From: an uncultured Chloroflexia bacterium
GTDB lineage: Bacteria; Chloroflexota; Limnocylindria; Limnocylindrales; CSP1-4
Length of the DNA stretch: 64,000 nt
Reading direction: 5' to 3'
NCBI GenBank assembly: GCA_963774695.1
Contig: CAVZFY010000005.1
Coordinates: 64,658-128,657 of the forward strand
The notes under the pieces: model-generated
What the model was told of the DNA's origin: nothing
Databases searched by the model: none
What the model saw: only the letters and a program-made list of their open reading frames with translations
Made by a program: the position numbers and the translations under genes
Shown here: positions 30,206 through 39,819 of the stretch, in pieces
Layout of the letters: each line of letters begins with the position of its first letter
How positions within the stretch are numbered: the first letter of the stretch is position 1

Positions 30206-32156
30206 CTACTCGTCCTCGCCACCGCCGGCCGCCGCGCGTCGCCGCGAGAGCAGCACGCCGCCGACGATGACCACGACCACGACCACCGCGCAGGACGATG
30301 AGCAGCGTGGTGTTCGAGCCCGAGCTGCTGGTCGAGTCGCCGTGCTGCCGCCGGCCGTCGCGCTCGGCGCCGCGGTCGGCGCGCCGGCGCTGGAGCCGGA
30401 ACCGGCGGACGGCTGCCGCGGCGGCCGGCGCCCCGGCGTGGCCGACGGCTGCGCCGAGGCGTCCGTGAGCAGCGTGTAGTCGAGCGGTGCCGTAGGTGAA
30501 GAACGGCGTGCCGTTCGCCGGGCATGTTCTGCCAGCCGGCGAACTTGTCGTTGCGGTACACGTCGAGGTTGGCGTCGTAGAACAGGACGTCGTACGGCGC
30601 CTGGTCGTAGATCATGTTCTGCATCTGCGCGAGGGTCGCCTGCGCGCTCCGCGCCGGACTGCGTCGACTGCAGGTCGTACAGCTTGTCGTAGTCCGGGTT
30701 GCAGTACTGGCTGTCGGACCCGATGCCGATCTGGTCGCAGCGGAAGATCTGGAGCAGCGCAGTTGGGATCGGGGTTGCCCGACCAGCCCCACAGCTCGAT
30801 GTCGTACTTCGCCGGTGCCGGGCGGGTCCGCCTCCGGCGGCAGGACCAGCGTCGGCCGAGCGTGTCGCTGTCGTAGCTCTGGGTCGTGACGTCGATGCCC
30901 GAGCTGGCCGTACCAGTCCTGGACGAACTGCGCGGACTTCGAGTACGTGTCGCTCGTGCTCGGGTAGACGAGGCGCAGCGAGATCGGCTTGCCTTCCTTG
31001 TCGAGCCGCTTGCCGTTGGCGTCGAGGGTGGTAGCCGGCGGCGTCGAGCTTCTGCTTGGCGAGCTCGATGTCGAAGGTCCGCGAGGTGGTCCGGCTCCAC
31101 GTGCAGGTCGCCGAGCACCGGCGGCACGATCGTCGTGCCGACGTCGCCGAACCCGCCCAGGACGCGGTCGACGAGCGCCTTGTGGTCGACGGCGTAGCCG
31201 AGCGCGTCACGGAAGGCCGGGTCGAGCAGCGCCTTCGTGGACGGGCCGCCGTTCTTGATGGTCTTGCCGGTGCCGGTGCCGTAGGTGTTGAAGGCGAGCT
31301 GCGTCCAGCCGTTGGCGCTGCCGACGACGGCGGTGTACGCCGGGTCGGTCTGCAGCTGCTTGAACTGGTCGGGGTTGACGTCGTGGGCGTAGTCGAGCTC
31401 GCCCGACTTGAGCGCCTGGACCATGGTGTCGGAGTTGTCGGGGAAGAAGCGCAGCACCACCTCGTCGGCGAAGCCCTGCTTGCCCCAGAAGTGCGGGTTG
31501 CGGACGAAGCGGGCGAACTGGCCGGTCTTCCACTCGACGAGCGTGTACGGCCCGGTGCCGACGAGGGGCCCGTCGAACTTCTCGTCGGCGATCTTCTTGT
31601 AGTCGAGCTTGCCGTAGACGTGCTGCGGCAGGATCGGGACGTAGATCTGGTAGATGCGGTCGGACTGGTCGGTGGTGTAGGCGATGAACGTCGAGTCGTC
31701 CGGGCACTCGATCTTGGTCACGCCGGCGTCCTTCACGCCCGGGTCGAGGTAGCCCGATCCGATGTAGGAGTCGTCCTTGATCGCGGCCATCGCGAGGCCC
31801 CACGAGAAGCAGACGTCCTTGGCCGTCGCCGGGGTGCCGTCGGACCACTGCATGCCGTCGCGGATGTGGAACGTCACCTTGTCGGGCGACCGCTCCCACG
31901 AGTCGGCGAACCCGGGCCCGGGCTTCGCGTCCTTGTCGAACTCGGTGAGCAGGTTGTAGGTGAGCTGGAACGCCTCGTAGCCGACCACGAGCTCGGTGTT
32001 GAACGGGTTCGTCGCGTCGAGGTCCTGCGTGGTCCCGACCTGGATCACGACCGGGTCCGCCGCGGCCGCGGGCACGGCGCCCGGCAGCAGCACGGAGAAC
32101 GCGAGGGCGACCGAGGCCGAGAGCCGCGCGACCCTGCGGCGGGAAGGCTGGATCAT
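30206..32156 (-). pseudogene. oppA: Family-5 peptide/nickel ABC substrate-binding protein, OppA/DppA-like (at least eleven apparent frameshifts in the 3' half)
   Basis: ATG 32156 after GGAGGA. Signal MIQPSRRRVARLSASVALAFSVLLPGAVPAAAA. The first ~1070 nt are one clean frame (ORF 30612..32228) to ...GDLHVEP. The rest hops frames (TFDIELAKQKLDAAGY / TLDANGKRLDKEGKPISLRLVYPSTSDTYSKSAQFVQDWYGQL / GIDVTTQSYDSDTL / ...YDIELWGWSGNPDP / ALLQIFRCDQIGIGSDSQYCNPDYDKLYDLQ / ATLAQMQNMIYDQAPYDVLFYDANLDVYRNDKFAGWQNMPGE / GTPFFTYGTA / PLDYTLLTDAS... / TM tail). Confidence 0.75.
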
Positions 32157-32330
32157 CGCGGGGTGTTCCTCCTGGGAAGGTCGACCGGCGGACCGCTCCT
32201 CCACGGCCCTCCGGCGGCACCGAACCATCGTCGATTGTGCGCGAGCGTGGCACAGGGTCCCGACTGCCGCAACTTACCCACTCGGGGGGCCCGCGCCGCG
32301 AAACGGATTCCGGGGTCGATCGGCGACGAC

Positions 32331-33521
32331 CTAGACGACGAAGGTGGCCGGCGCGGCCGTTCCGTCGAGGGCCGGCCGGCCGATCGAGAAGGCCTCGATC
32401 TCGCCCGCCGATGGCGTCCGGCCGTCGATGCCGAGCTCGGCCATGATCCGGCCGATGACCGAGGCGAACTTGTAGGCGTGCGCGGACCCGAGCGCGACGA
32501 GGATGTCCGGCCGGTCCGGGAGGGCGTCGAGCACGAAGTCGCGGTCCGGCGTCAGCGTGTAGAGGCAGGACCGGAACCGGAACGGCTCGACGGCCATCGC
32601 CGGCAGGTGGGCCTCCAGGAACGCCATGACCCGGGCCAGGGCCGCGTCGTCGCGATCGAACGTCCGGGTGGCCGGCGTCACCGGCCGCCCGCCGACGTCC
32701 TGGCCGACCTTGGGGCCCGGGTGGCCGTGGGTCGGGAAGCCGTAGAACGAGGGCTCGTCCATCCAGATCCAGATCGGGAACCGGTCCTTGTCGAACAGCC
32801 GGGGATCGCCACGCGGCGTGAACCAGCTGACCTGCTCCTGGGTCACGGTGAGCGGCAGGTGCGCGCCCAGCGGGTCGAGCAGGTCGTTGGACCAGGCGTC
32901 GGCCGCGATGACGACCTTGCCCGCGGTGATGACCTCGCCGTCCTCGAGCACGACGGTCGTCTCGCCGTCGCCGCCCTCGATCCGCGCCACCGGGGCGTGC
33001 TCCCGCAGGACCGCGCCCTGCGCCGCCGCGAGCCGCCGGTGGGCGACGTTGCCGGCGGACGGGTCCGCGAGCCCGCCGTCCGCCTGGAACAGCCCGACGT
33101 GCTCGTCGCCGAGGCGCCACGCCGGAAAGCGCCGCATGATCTCGGGGCCGTCGAGGGTCTCGAACGGCACGCCCTCGGCGATCATCGCCTGCGCGTACTC
33201 GCCGATGTCGATCGCGACGCCCTCGCGGGTGACCCGCGGCCCGACGTCGAGGCCGCCGGTCCGGAACACGACCTGGAGCCCGCTCTCGCGCTCGACCTCG
33301 GCCCACGATTCGTAGGCGCGCGCGGTCAGGCGGACGTAGTCGCGCCGGTGGTAGGAGCGGCGGATGATCCGGCTCACGTCCTCGGACGCGCCGTTGAGGT
33401 GGCCGATCTCGTACCGCTCGAGGCCCAGCACCCGGACGCCCGGCCGGCGCGAGGCCCAGTAGGCCGTCGCCGAGCCCAGCGCGCCCAGCCCGACGACGAC
33501 GATGTCCCAGTCGCGCGTCAT
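32331..33521 (-). CDS. solA: FAD-dependent N-methyl amino-acid oxidase (monomeric sarcosine oxidase / N-methyltryptophan oxidase family)
   Basis: Intact 396-aa ORF. Dinucleotide fold DIVVVGLGALGSATAYW. MSOX/MTOX-like length and layout (...SEDVSRIIRRSY..., ...CLYTLTPDRDFVLD...). The start overlaps the Rieske gene stop (ATGA). Confidence 0.8.
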   Translation of the reverse strand: MTRDWDIVVVGLGALGSATAYWASRRPGVRVLGLERYEIGHLNGASEDVSRIIRRSYHRRDYVRLTARAYESWAEVERESGLQVVFRTGGLDVGPRVTREGVAIDIGEYAQAMIAEGVPFETLDGPEIMRRFPAWRLGDEHVGLFQADGGLADPSAGNVAHRRLAAAQGAVLREHAPVARIEGGDGETTVVLEDGEVITAGKVVIAADAWSNDLLDPLGAHLPLTVTQEQVSWFTPRGDPRLFDKDRFPIWIWMDEPSFYGFPTHGHPGPKVGQDVGGRPVTPATRTFDRDDAALARVMAFLEAHLPAMAVEPFRFRSCLYTLTPDRDFVLDALPDRPDILVALGSAHAYKFASVIGRIMAELGIDGRTPSAGEIEAFSIGRPALDGTAAPATFVV

Positions 33522-34702
33522 CGGCCGGTCGCCACCGCGTCGTCCTCGCCGAGGCGCTCCCCGACGTAGCGGCGGATGTCGAGGCTCATGTCCTCCATCG
33601 GCGCGTACCAGCCGAACTTGAAGCGGCGCGACGTCATCCCGCCCTGGACGCCCTCGCAGACGGCCCAGTCCTGGCGGTTGACGAGGTCCCAGAAGTCGAC
33701 GGCGTCAGAGGGATCGAACGTCGGCTTCGCGATCTCGTCGGGGTGGAACAGGAAGTCGACGACGACCAGCGTCCGGTCCGGCGCCTTGGGGACCAGCATG
33801 AACGCCGCCGCGTGGTCCGCCGACAGGCTGAGCATCAGGTTCGGATAGGCGAGCTCGCCCTTGTGGCGGACCTGCTCGTCGTCGTCGAGGCCCGGGAACG
33901 GCGAGCGGTCCGACCGCCCCGTCATCGTGAACGTGAACGTGCCCTCCGCCTGGGGCACGCCGTTGTCCCAGTCGAGGTTGCTGCCGCCCTTCTCCTTGAA
34001 CGCCGGCACGATGCGGCACAGCTCCGGGTGCACGCCCGAGCAGTGGTAGCACTCGTTGTAGTTCTCGACGATGACCTTCCAGTTGGCCCGGACGTCGTAG
34101 ACGATCCGCCGGACCGACCGCAGGTCCGCCAGCGGGTAGCGCGCGACGCGCCCCGGGATCTCGCCGAGCTGCGCCGCGAGCGTGTGGCCCGCGGCAACCC
34201 GCTCCGGCGTCAGGTTCACGAACAGCCAGCCGCCCCAGGTGTCGACGGCGACCGGGTACAGGCCGAACTCGGCGGGCTCGAAGCTGTCGGCCTCGCCGAG
34301 GAACGGCGCGTTGCGAACGCGGCCGTCGAGCTCGTAGCACCACGAGTGGTACGGGCAGCGGATGACGCCCTTGAAGCGGCCGGACGGCCCGGCGGCGTCG
34401 CCCGTGGCCGGGTCGTCGCGCTGGTCGGGCGTGGTCAGCCGCGACCCACGATGGCGGCAGACGTCGTAGTGGGCGCTGATGTCGCCGGCGCGGTTGCGCA
34501 CGACGATGACCTGCTCGCCGGCGACGTCGACCGCGAGGAAGTCGCCCGGCTCGGCGAGCTGCTCGACCCGTCCGGCGAGGACCCACTCGGACCACCAGAT
34601 GCCCTCGCGCTCGCGGTCGAGGAACGCCTCGTCGACGTACGCCGCCCGCGGCAGCGACGCCTCGAACGCGTCGCGCGGGGAGTTGCCGGAACCCCCGTTC
34701 AA
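33518..34702 (-). CDS. Rieske [2Fe-2S] non-haem-iron oxygenase, alpha-subunit type
   Basis: In-frame part of ORF 33518..36445. TTG 34702 overlaps the upstream stop (TTGA). Rieske box CRHRGSRL...CPYHSWCY. Catalytic-domain motif ENYNECYHCSGVHPE. 394 aa, intact. Confidence 0.85.
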   Translation of the reverse strand: MNGGSGNSPRDAFEASLPRAAYVDEAFLDREREGIWWSEWVLAGRVEQLAEPGDFLAVDVAGEQVIVVRNRAGDISAHYDVCRHRGSRLTTPDQRDDPATGDAAGPSGRFKGVIRCPYHSWCYELDGRVRNAPFLGEADSFEPAEFGLYPVAVDTWGGWLFVNLTPERVAAGHTLAAQLGEIPGRVARYPLADLRSVRRIVYDVRANWKVIVENYNECYHCSGVHPELCRIVPAFKEKGGSNLDWDNGVPQAEGTFTFTMTGRSDRSPFPGLDDDEQVRHKGELAYPNLMLSLSADHAAAFMLVPKAPDRTLVVVDFLFHPDEIAKPTFDPSDAVDFWDLVNRQDWAVCEGVQGGMTSRRFKFGWYAPMEDMSLDIRRYVGERLGEDDAVATGR

Positions 34703-35050
34703 CGGCGGGCGACCTCGTCGCCGACGACCCGCAGGTGCGTGGTCACGCCGTACGTCTCGCCCGGTCTCGGGGTCCTTGCGCGGGACGACGACCAGGCGGT
34801 GCTCGCCGTCGGGCAGCGCCAGGCGGCGGGCGAGCGGCCGCCCTTCGCGGTAGACGCGGTCCATCAGCTCGAACGCCGCCCGCGGCAGCTCGGTCATGAC
34901 CTCCCGCGCGGGCATGCCCAGCGAGCGGCGGCCGAACACCGCGAAGAACGCGGCGTTGCCGTGCATGATCAGGTGGGCAGCCCCGTAGTGGAACGCCGCC
35001 GGGCCGGGCGGGGTGGTGGTCGTGACGCCGGGGTCGACGGTGTCGCTCAT
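34699..35050 (-). pseudogene. Small PAS-like protein (about 116 aa; one apparent frameshift near the C-terminus)
   Basis: ATG 35050 overlaps the PhzF stop (ATGA). MSDTVDPGV...FHYGAAHLIMHGNAAFFAVFGRRSLGMPAREVMTELPRAAFELMDRVYREGRPLARRLALPDGEHRLVVVPRKDPETG, then in another frame ETYGVTTHLRVVGDEVARR*. Shift at about 34757-34765. The family call is weak. Confidence 0.45.
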
Positions 35051-35743
35051 GCCGTCCCTGCCGTCGCCGGATCCGCGATCTCGCGCGTGCCGACGGCCTC
35101 GACGCGACCGCCCACCTCGACCGTGCCGTCCGGCCCCGGCCGGACGTGGAGCACGGAGCCGACCCCCTGGTGGATCTCGAGCACGCGGCCGAGCAGGCCG
35201 CCCATCATCACCGCGGCGGCGCCGGTCGCCTCGTCCTCCCCGATGCCCAGGTCGGCGACGAAGTAGCGCGCCCGGATCGAGCCCTTCGCCTCGTCGATCC
35301 AGGCCCACGGGTAGTAGGAGCCCTCGCCCGGCGGGCGGGCCCGTGAGCGCGTCGACGGCCTCGGGAGCGTCGAGCTGGGCGCGCGTGATCGGGTGGATCC
35401 AGGCGGGTCGCGCGCGGACCCACGACAGGTCGCCGTCCTGCCACGTGGGCACGTCCCCCGCCGGCACGCGCAGCAACGACCCGCCGCGCCCGAGGCCCCG
35501 CAGCAGCCAGCCCGTGCCGACCGTCGGGTGGCCCGCGAACGCGAGCTCCGATGCGGGCGTGAAGATCCGGATCGCGCCCGACTCGGCGTCGTCGACGAAC
35601 ACCGTCTCCGAGTAGCCGAGCTCGGCCGCCACGGCCTGCCGGCGGTCCTCGGCGACGCGGCCACCGTCGAGCACGACGCCCAGCGGGTTGCCGCCGCGAC
35701 CGTCGGGCCCGACGAACACCTTGAGCACCCGGACCTCGATCAT
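35047..35743 (-). pseudogene. PhzF-family isomerase/epimerase-fold protein (one apparent frameshift)
   Basis: ATG 35743 overlaps the NUDIX stop (ATGA). MIEVRVLKVFVGPDGRGGNPLGVVLDG...ELGYSETVFV...FTPASELAFAGHPTVGTGW. After ...AVDALTGP the sequence continues in ORF 35047..35664 (PGEGSYYPWAWIDEAKGSIRARYFVADLGIGEDEATGAAAVMMGG...). Shift at about 35325-35340. Confidence 0.75.
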
Positions 35744-36315
35744 CGGCCGCCGCCCGCGGCGTACGCGCCGACGCCCGCGATCGTCATCAGGTCGTGGATC
35801 TCGCCCGACCCGATCTCCGCCTGGACCTCGGGGAGGGTCGCCCACCGGATGGCGAGGTCCTCCGTGACGTCGGGCGTCGCGGGCCCGGGGACGAGGCCCG
35901 TCGCGAGGAAGATCGCGCCGCGCTGGTCCGTCACCGAGTTCGAGACCGTCATCCGGCACAGCTGCCGCCAGGCGGTCGCCTCGAAGCCGGTCTCCTCGCG
36001 GAGCTCGCGCTGCGCCCCGGCCACGAGCGGCTCGTGCTCGTCGGCGCCGCCCTCGGGGATCTCCCAGCTGTACTCGTCGAGCGGATAGCGGTGCTGGCCG
36101 ACGAGCAGGAGTCGCCCATCGTCGTCGACCGCCACGACGCCGACCGCCGCGGTCGTGAAGTGCACGACGCCGTAGATGCCGTGGCTGCCGTCGGGTCGGT
36201 CGACCTCGTCGTGGAACACCTCGATCCACGGGTTCGCGTAGGCGGTGACCCGCGAGCGGCGACGCCACGGGCCGACGGCCTCGGGCTCCGGCAGGGATCG
36301 GGCAGGGGGCTGCAC
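35740..36315 (-). CDS. NUDIX hydrolase (ADP-ribose pyrophosphatase-like)
   Basis: Intact 191-aa ORF. NUDIX box GGADEHEPLVAGAQRELREETGF. First gene of a 4-nt-overlap chain. Confidence 0.85.
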   Translation of the reverse strand: MQPPARSLPEPEAVGPWRRRSRVTAYANPWIEVFHDEVDRPDGSHGIYGVVHFTTAAVGVVAVDDDGRLLLVGQHRYPLDEYSWEIPEGGADEHEPLVAGAQRELREETGFEATAWRQLCRMTVSNSVTDQRGAIFLATGLVPGPATPDVTEDLAIRWATLPEVQAEIGSGEIHDLMTIAGVGAYAAGGGR

Positions 36316-36476
36316 CCCGCAACGGTAGCGGTCGATCCGCGTCAGCGCCTGTGGATAACCGGCCCGTGGTGTGGACGGACGAGCGCGATGCAGGGCGTGT
36401 CCAACGCCACGCGGTGCGCTGGGGCACCGCGTATCGTGCGCACATCGGTGCGTGACCCGGAGGTGGACGTCAGGCT

Positions 36477-37490
36477 GTGCGCGTGACGGCAGGGTACGAG
36501 GAGCGTCGACGACGGCCGTGGCCGTTGCTCTTCGGCGTGGTCCTGGTCGCCGCCTTCCTGCTCGTCGCGTACCTGATCGCGAGCTACGTCGTCTACGACA
36601 CGCTCTCGGCGGTCACCGGCGAGTGCCACCCGGAGGACGCGGCCAACACGCCCCAGCACTTCACGGCCGAGGGCATCGACGCCGCCGTGACCGCCCGGTA
36701 CGCGATGCCCGCCCCGCAGGACGTCGAGTTCCACTCGCGCGACCCGCACATCCCGAACCTCGTGCTCCGGGCGTGGTGGATCCCCGGCCGGACGCCCGAT
36801 GGCCCGGCGGTCATCCTCGTCCACGGCGTGAAGAGCTGCCGCCGCGACCCGAACGTGCTGATGCCCGCCGGCATGCTCCAGGGGCACGGGTTCGGCGTGC
36901 TCCTGATGGACATGCGCGACCACGGCGACTCGGACGACGAGGACCTGCGGTTCGCGGCCGGCACCGAGGAGTACCTCGACGTGCTCGGGGCGTGGGACTG
37001 GCTCGTCGCGCAGGGCGTGCCGGCGCCGAAGATCGGGATCCTGGGGATGTCGTTCGGGTCCGCGACCACCGTCATCGCCGGCGGCGAGGAGCCGCGCGTC
37101 CAGGCGGTGTGGGAGGACTCGTCGTTCGCCGACATGGGCCAGGCGATCCGCGACTACCTCACGCACGAGGGCTACCCGACGTTCCTCGAGCCCGGCGGCC
37201 TGGCGATGGCGAAGGTGGTCGCGGGCGACGACCTGACCTCCAAGGGGCCGCTGCTCGAGATCCCGAGCTATGCCGGACGGCCGCTCGCGATCGTCCACGG
37301 CGCGGCGGACACGCTGCTGGACCCGCACGACGCCGAGGAGCTGCGCGACGCCGCGCTGGCCTCGGGCGTGGACCTGCGCGAGTTCTGGCTGGTCCCGGGC
37401 ATGGACCACACGCGCGCGGTCATCGAGATGCCCGACGCGTACGAGCCCCGCCTGGTGGACTTCTTCACGGGAACGCTCGGCAGCCCCTGA
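36477..37490 (+). CDS. Alpha/beta hydrolase with N-terminal membrane anchor
   Basis: Intact 337-aa ORF (GTG, with GGAGG 13 nt upstream). TM PLLFGVVLVAAFLLVAYLIASYVVY. HG..., nucleophile elbow GMSFGS, later HGAADTLL and DH. Confidence 0.8.
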   Translation: MRVTAGYEERRRRPWPLLFGVVLVAAFLLVAYLIASYVVYDTLSAVTGECHPEDAANTPQHFTAEGIDAAVTARYAMPAPQDVEFHSRDPHIPNLVLRAWWIPGRTPDGPAVILVHGVKSCRRDPNVLMPAGMLQGHGFGVLLMDMRDHGDSDDEDLRFAAGTEEYLDVLGAWDWLVAQGVPAPKIGILGMSFGSATTVIAGGEEPRVQAVWEDSSFADMGQAIRDYLTHEGYPTFLEPGGLAMAKVVAGDDLTSKGPLLEIPSYAGRPLAIVHGAADTLLDPHDAEELRDAALASGVDLREFWLVPGMDHTRAVIEMPDAYEPRLVDFFTGTLGSP

Positions 37491-37506
37491 CGCTTCCGCC
37501 GATATC

Positions 37507-39583
37507 GTGGGCCGGGTGACCACGATCGACGCGCCCGCCTTCGACCACGACGTCCGCTGGGACGTGCGGATCCCCGTCCGCGACGGCCTCGAGCTCTCGG
37601 CCAACCTGTGGCTGCCGAAGGTGCGGCCGGCCGGCGACGGCGCGGGCGATGCGCCCGGCGCCGCGCGCTTCCCCGTGATCCTCGAGATGATCCCGTACGG
37701 CAAGGACAGCTGGCGCCGCAACTGGGACACGGCCTTCGGGGAGTGGCTGGCGGCGCGCGGGTTCGCGTTCTGCCGCCTCGACGTCCGCGGGACCGGCAGC
37801 TCGCCGGGCGTGGCGCTCGACGAGTACGCCGAGGCGGAGACGCTCGACGGGTTCGACGCCGTGGAGTGGCTCGCGGCGCAGCCGTGGTGCACGGGCAGCG
37901 TCGGCATGTGGGGCATCAGCTACGGCGGCTTCACCGCGATCCAGGTCGCGAAGCTGCGGCCGCCGCACCTCCGCGCGATCCTGCCGATGTACGCGACCGA
38001 CGACCGGTACCGCGACGACGTCCACATCCGCGGCGGCTGCATCACGGCCAGCGAGAAGAGCCAGTACGCCGTCAGCCAGCTGGGCATGAACGCGCTGCCG
38101 CCGGTGCCGTCGTTCCGCGGCGAGGGGTGGCGTGACGAATGGCGCTCGCGCCTCGAGCAGACGCCGCCCTGGCTGCTGGCGTGGGTCCGCGAGCAGACCG
38201 ACGGGCCGTACTGGCGCCGCGGCTCGCTGGCGCCCGACTACGACGCGCTCGACTGCGCGATGTTCCTGGTCGGCGGCTGGAGCGACTCGTACGTGGACGC
38301 CGCGGTGCGGATGCAGGAGCGCTGCGTCGGCTCGGCGCGGCGGACGCTCATCGGGAACTGGGTGCACTCGTTCCCCGACGACGCCTACCCGGGGCCGGCC
38401 GTCGACTGGCTGCGCGAGCTCGTGCGGTTCTTCGACCACCACCTCAACGGCGTCGACAACGGATGGGCCGACGGGCCGGCGATGACGTGGTACGAGCGGA
38501 CGTGGGCCCTTCCGGAGCGATTCCCCGAGGCGTGGCCGGGCCGATGGCGGGCGTCGGACGCCGTGCCGGTTCCGGGATCGTCGCCGCTCACGCTGCACCT
38601 GGGCCCAGGGTCGCTGGAGGCGGCCACCGCGGTAGCCGACGGGGTCGACCGGGTGGCCCACCGCGCGACCGTCGGGACGTCGGGTGGGCTCTCGTGGGGC
38701 GCGGGCTGGCCGCCCAACGGGCTCGCGGAGGACCTTCGCCCGGACGAGGCGCGAGGGCTCACCTACACCTCGGCCCCGCTCGATCAGCCGATGTCGATCG
38801 TCGGCTTTCCCGAGGTCGTCCTGCACGTCACCGCGACGATGCCGGTCGCGACCTGCGTCGTGCGGCTGTCCGAGGTGTCGCCCGACGGCGTCTCCGCGCT
38901 CGTCTCGACCGGCGTGCTGAACCTGACCCACCGGCGGTCCGACGTGGATCCGGAGCCGATGCCGGTCGATCCCTCCGCTCCTCCCGAGGTGGTGCGGATC
39001 CCGCTGCGCGCGACGGGGTACCGGTTCACGCGCCGGCCACCGGATCCGGCTGACCGTCCTGACGAGCTACTGGCCGGCGCTCTGGCCCTCGCCCATGCCG
39101 GGCGAGCTGCTCGTGCATCACGGTCCCGGCTCGCCGTCGCGGCTCGTGCTGCCGGTGCTGCCCGACGACGCGCCGACGCTCGAGGCCCCGTCGTTCGCGG
39201 CTCCGGTCGCGGGCCTCCGCCAGATCGGTGCCGACGAGGCCGACGAGCCGGAGTGGCGGACCGAGGCGGACCCGTCGGCCGGGACGGTCGCCGTGACCAT
39301 CCGCGACGGCGCCGGGGCGACCCTCGAGGACGGCTCGCACGTGTACGCCTCCGAGCGCCTCGTCCTCACGGCGTCGGACCCGGATCCGGCCCACGCGAGC
39401 CTCGCGAGCGACGTCGTCTACCGCTGGTCGGTCGAGGGCTACGAGATCGACATCCGTGCGCTCGGGAGCATCGAGTCGGATGTCGAGGCGTTCGACGTCG
39501 GCGTCTCGCTGGACGTCCGGCTCGACGGCGAGCCGTTCTTCGCGCGCGACTGGCACGAGCGGATCCCGCGCCGGCTGGTGTAG
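37507..39583 (+). pseudogene. CocE/NonD-family (S15 X-Pro dipeptidyl-peptidase-like) hydrolase (one apparent frameshift)
   Basis: GTG 37507 or 37516 inside ORF 37270..39672. LELSANLWLP, PVILEMIPYGK, CRLDVRGTGSS, GISYGG. After ...IPLRATGYRF the reading continues in another frame (AGHRIRLTVLTSYWPALWPSPMPGELLVHHGP..., ORF 39095..39583). Shift at about 39025-39040. Confidence 0.8.
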
Positions 39584-39819
39584 CTCGGCCGCCTCGCCGC
39601 CGCTCAAGCCGCCCGCCGCCCCCCGTTTCCGGCATCCAGTCAAAGGACGACTGCTCGTCAGACGATCGCTGACAAATCGGGCGAATGGTGACTGCCTGTC
39701 AGCGAATCGCGCCGATCCGTGGCGCCGGAACTGGCCAGGCAAGGCGGATCGAGTGACGAAGACGCGTGCTTTGACTATTCGCCGGAAATCGGGTCCGCGG
39801 GGCCGGCGGCGCCAGCGCG

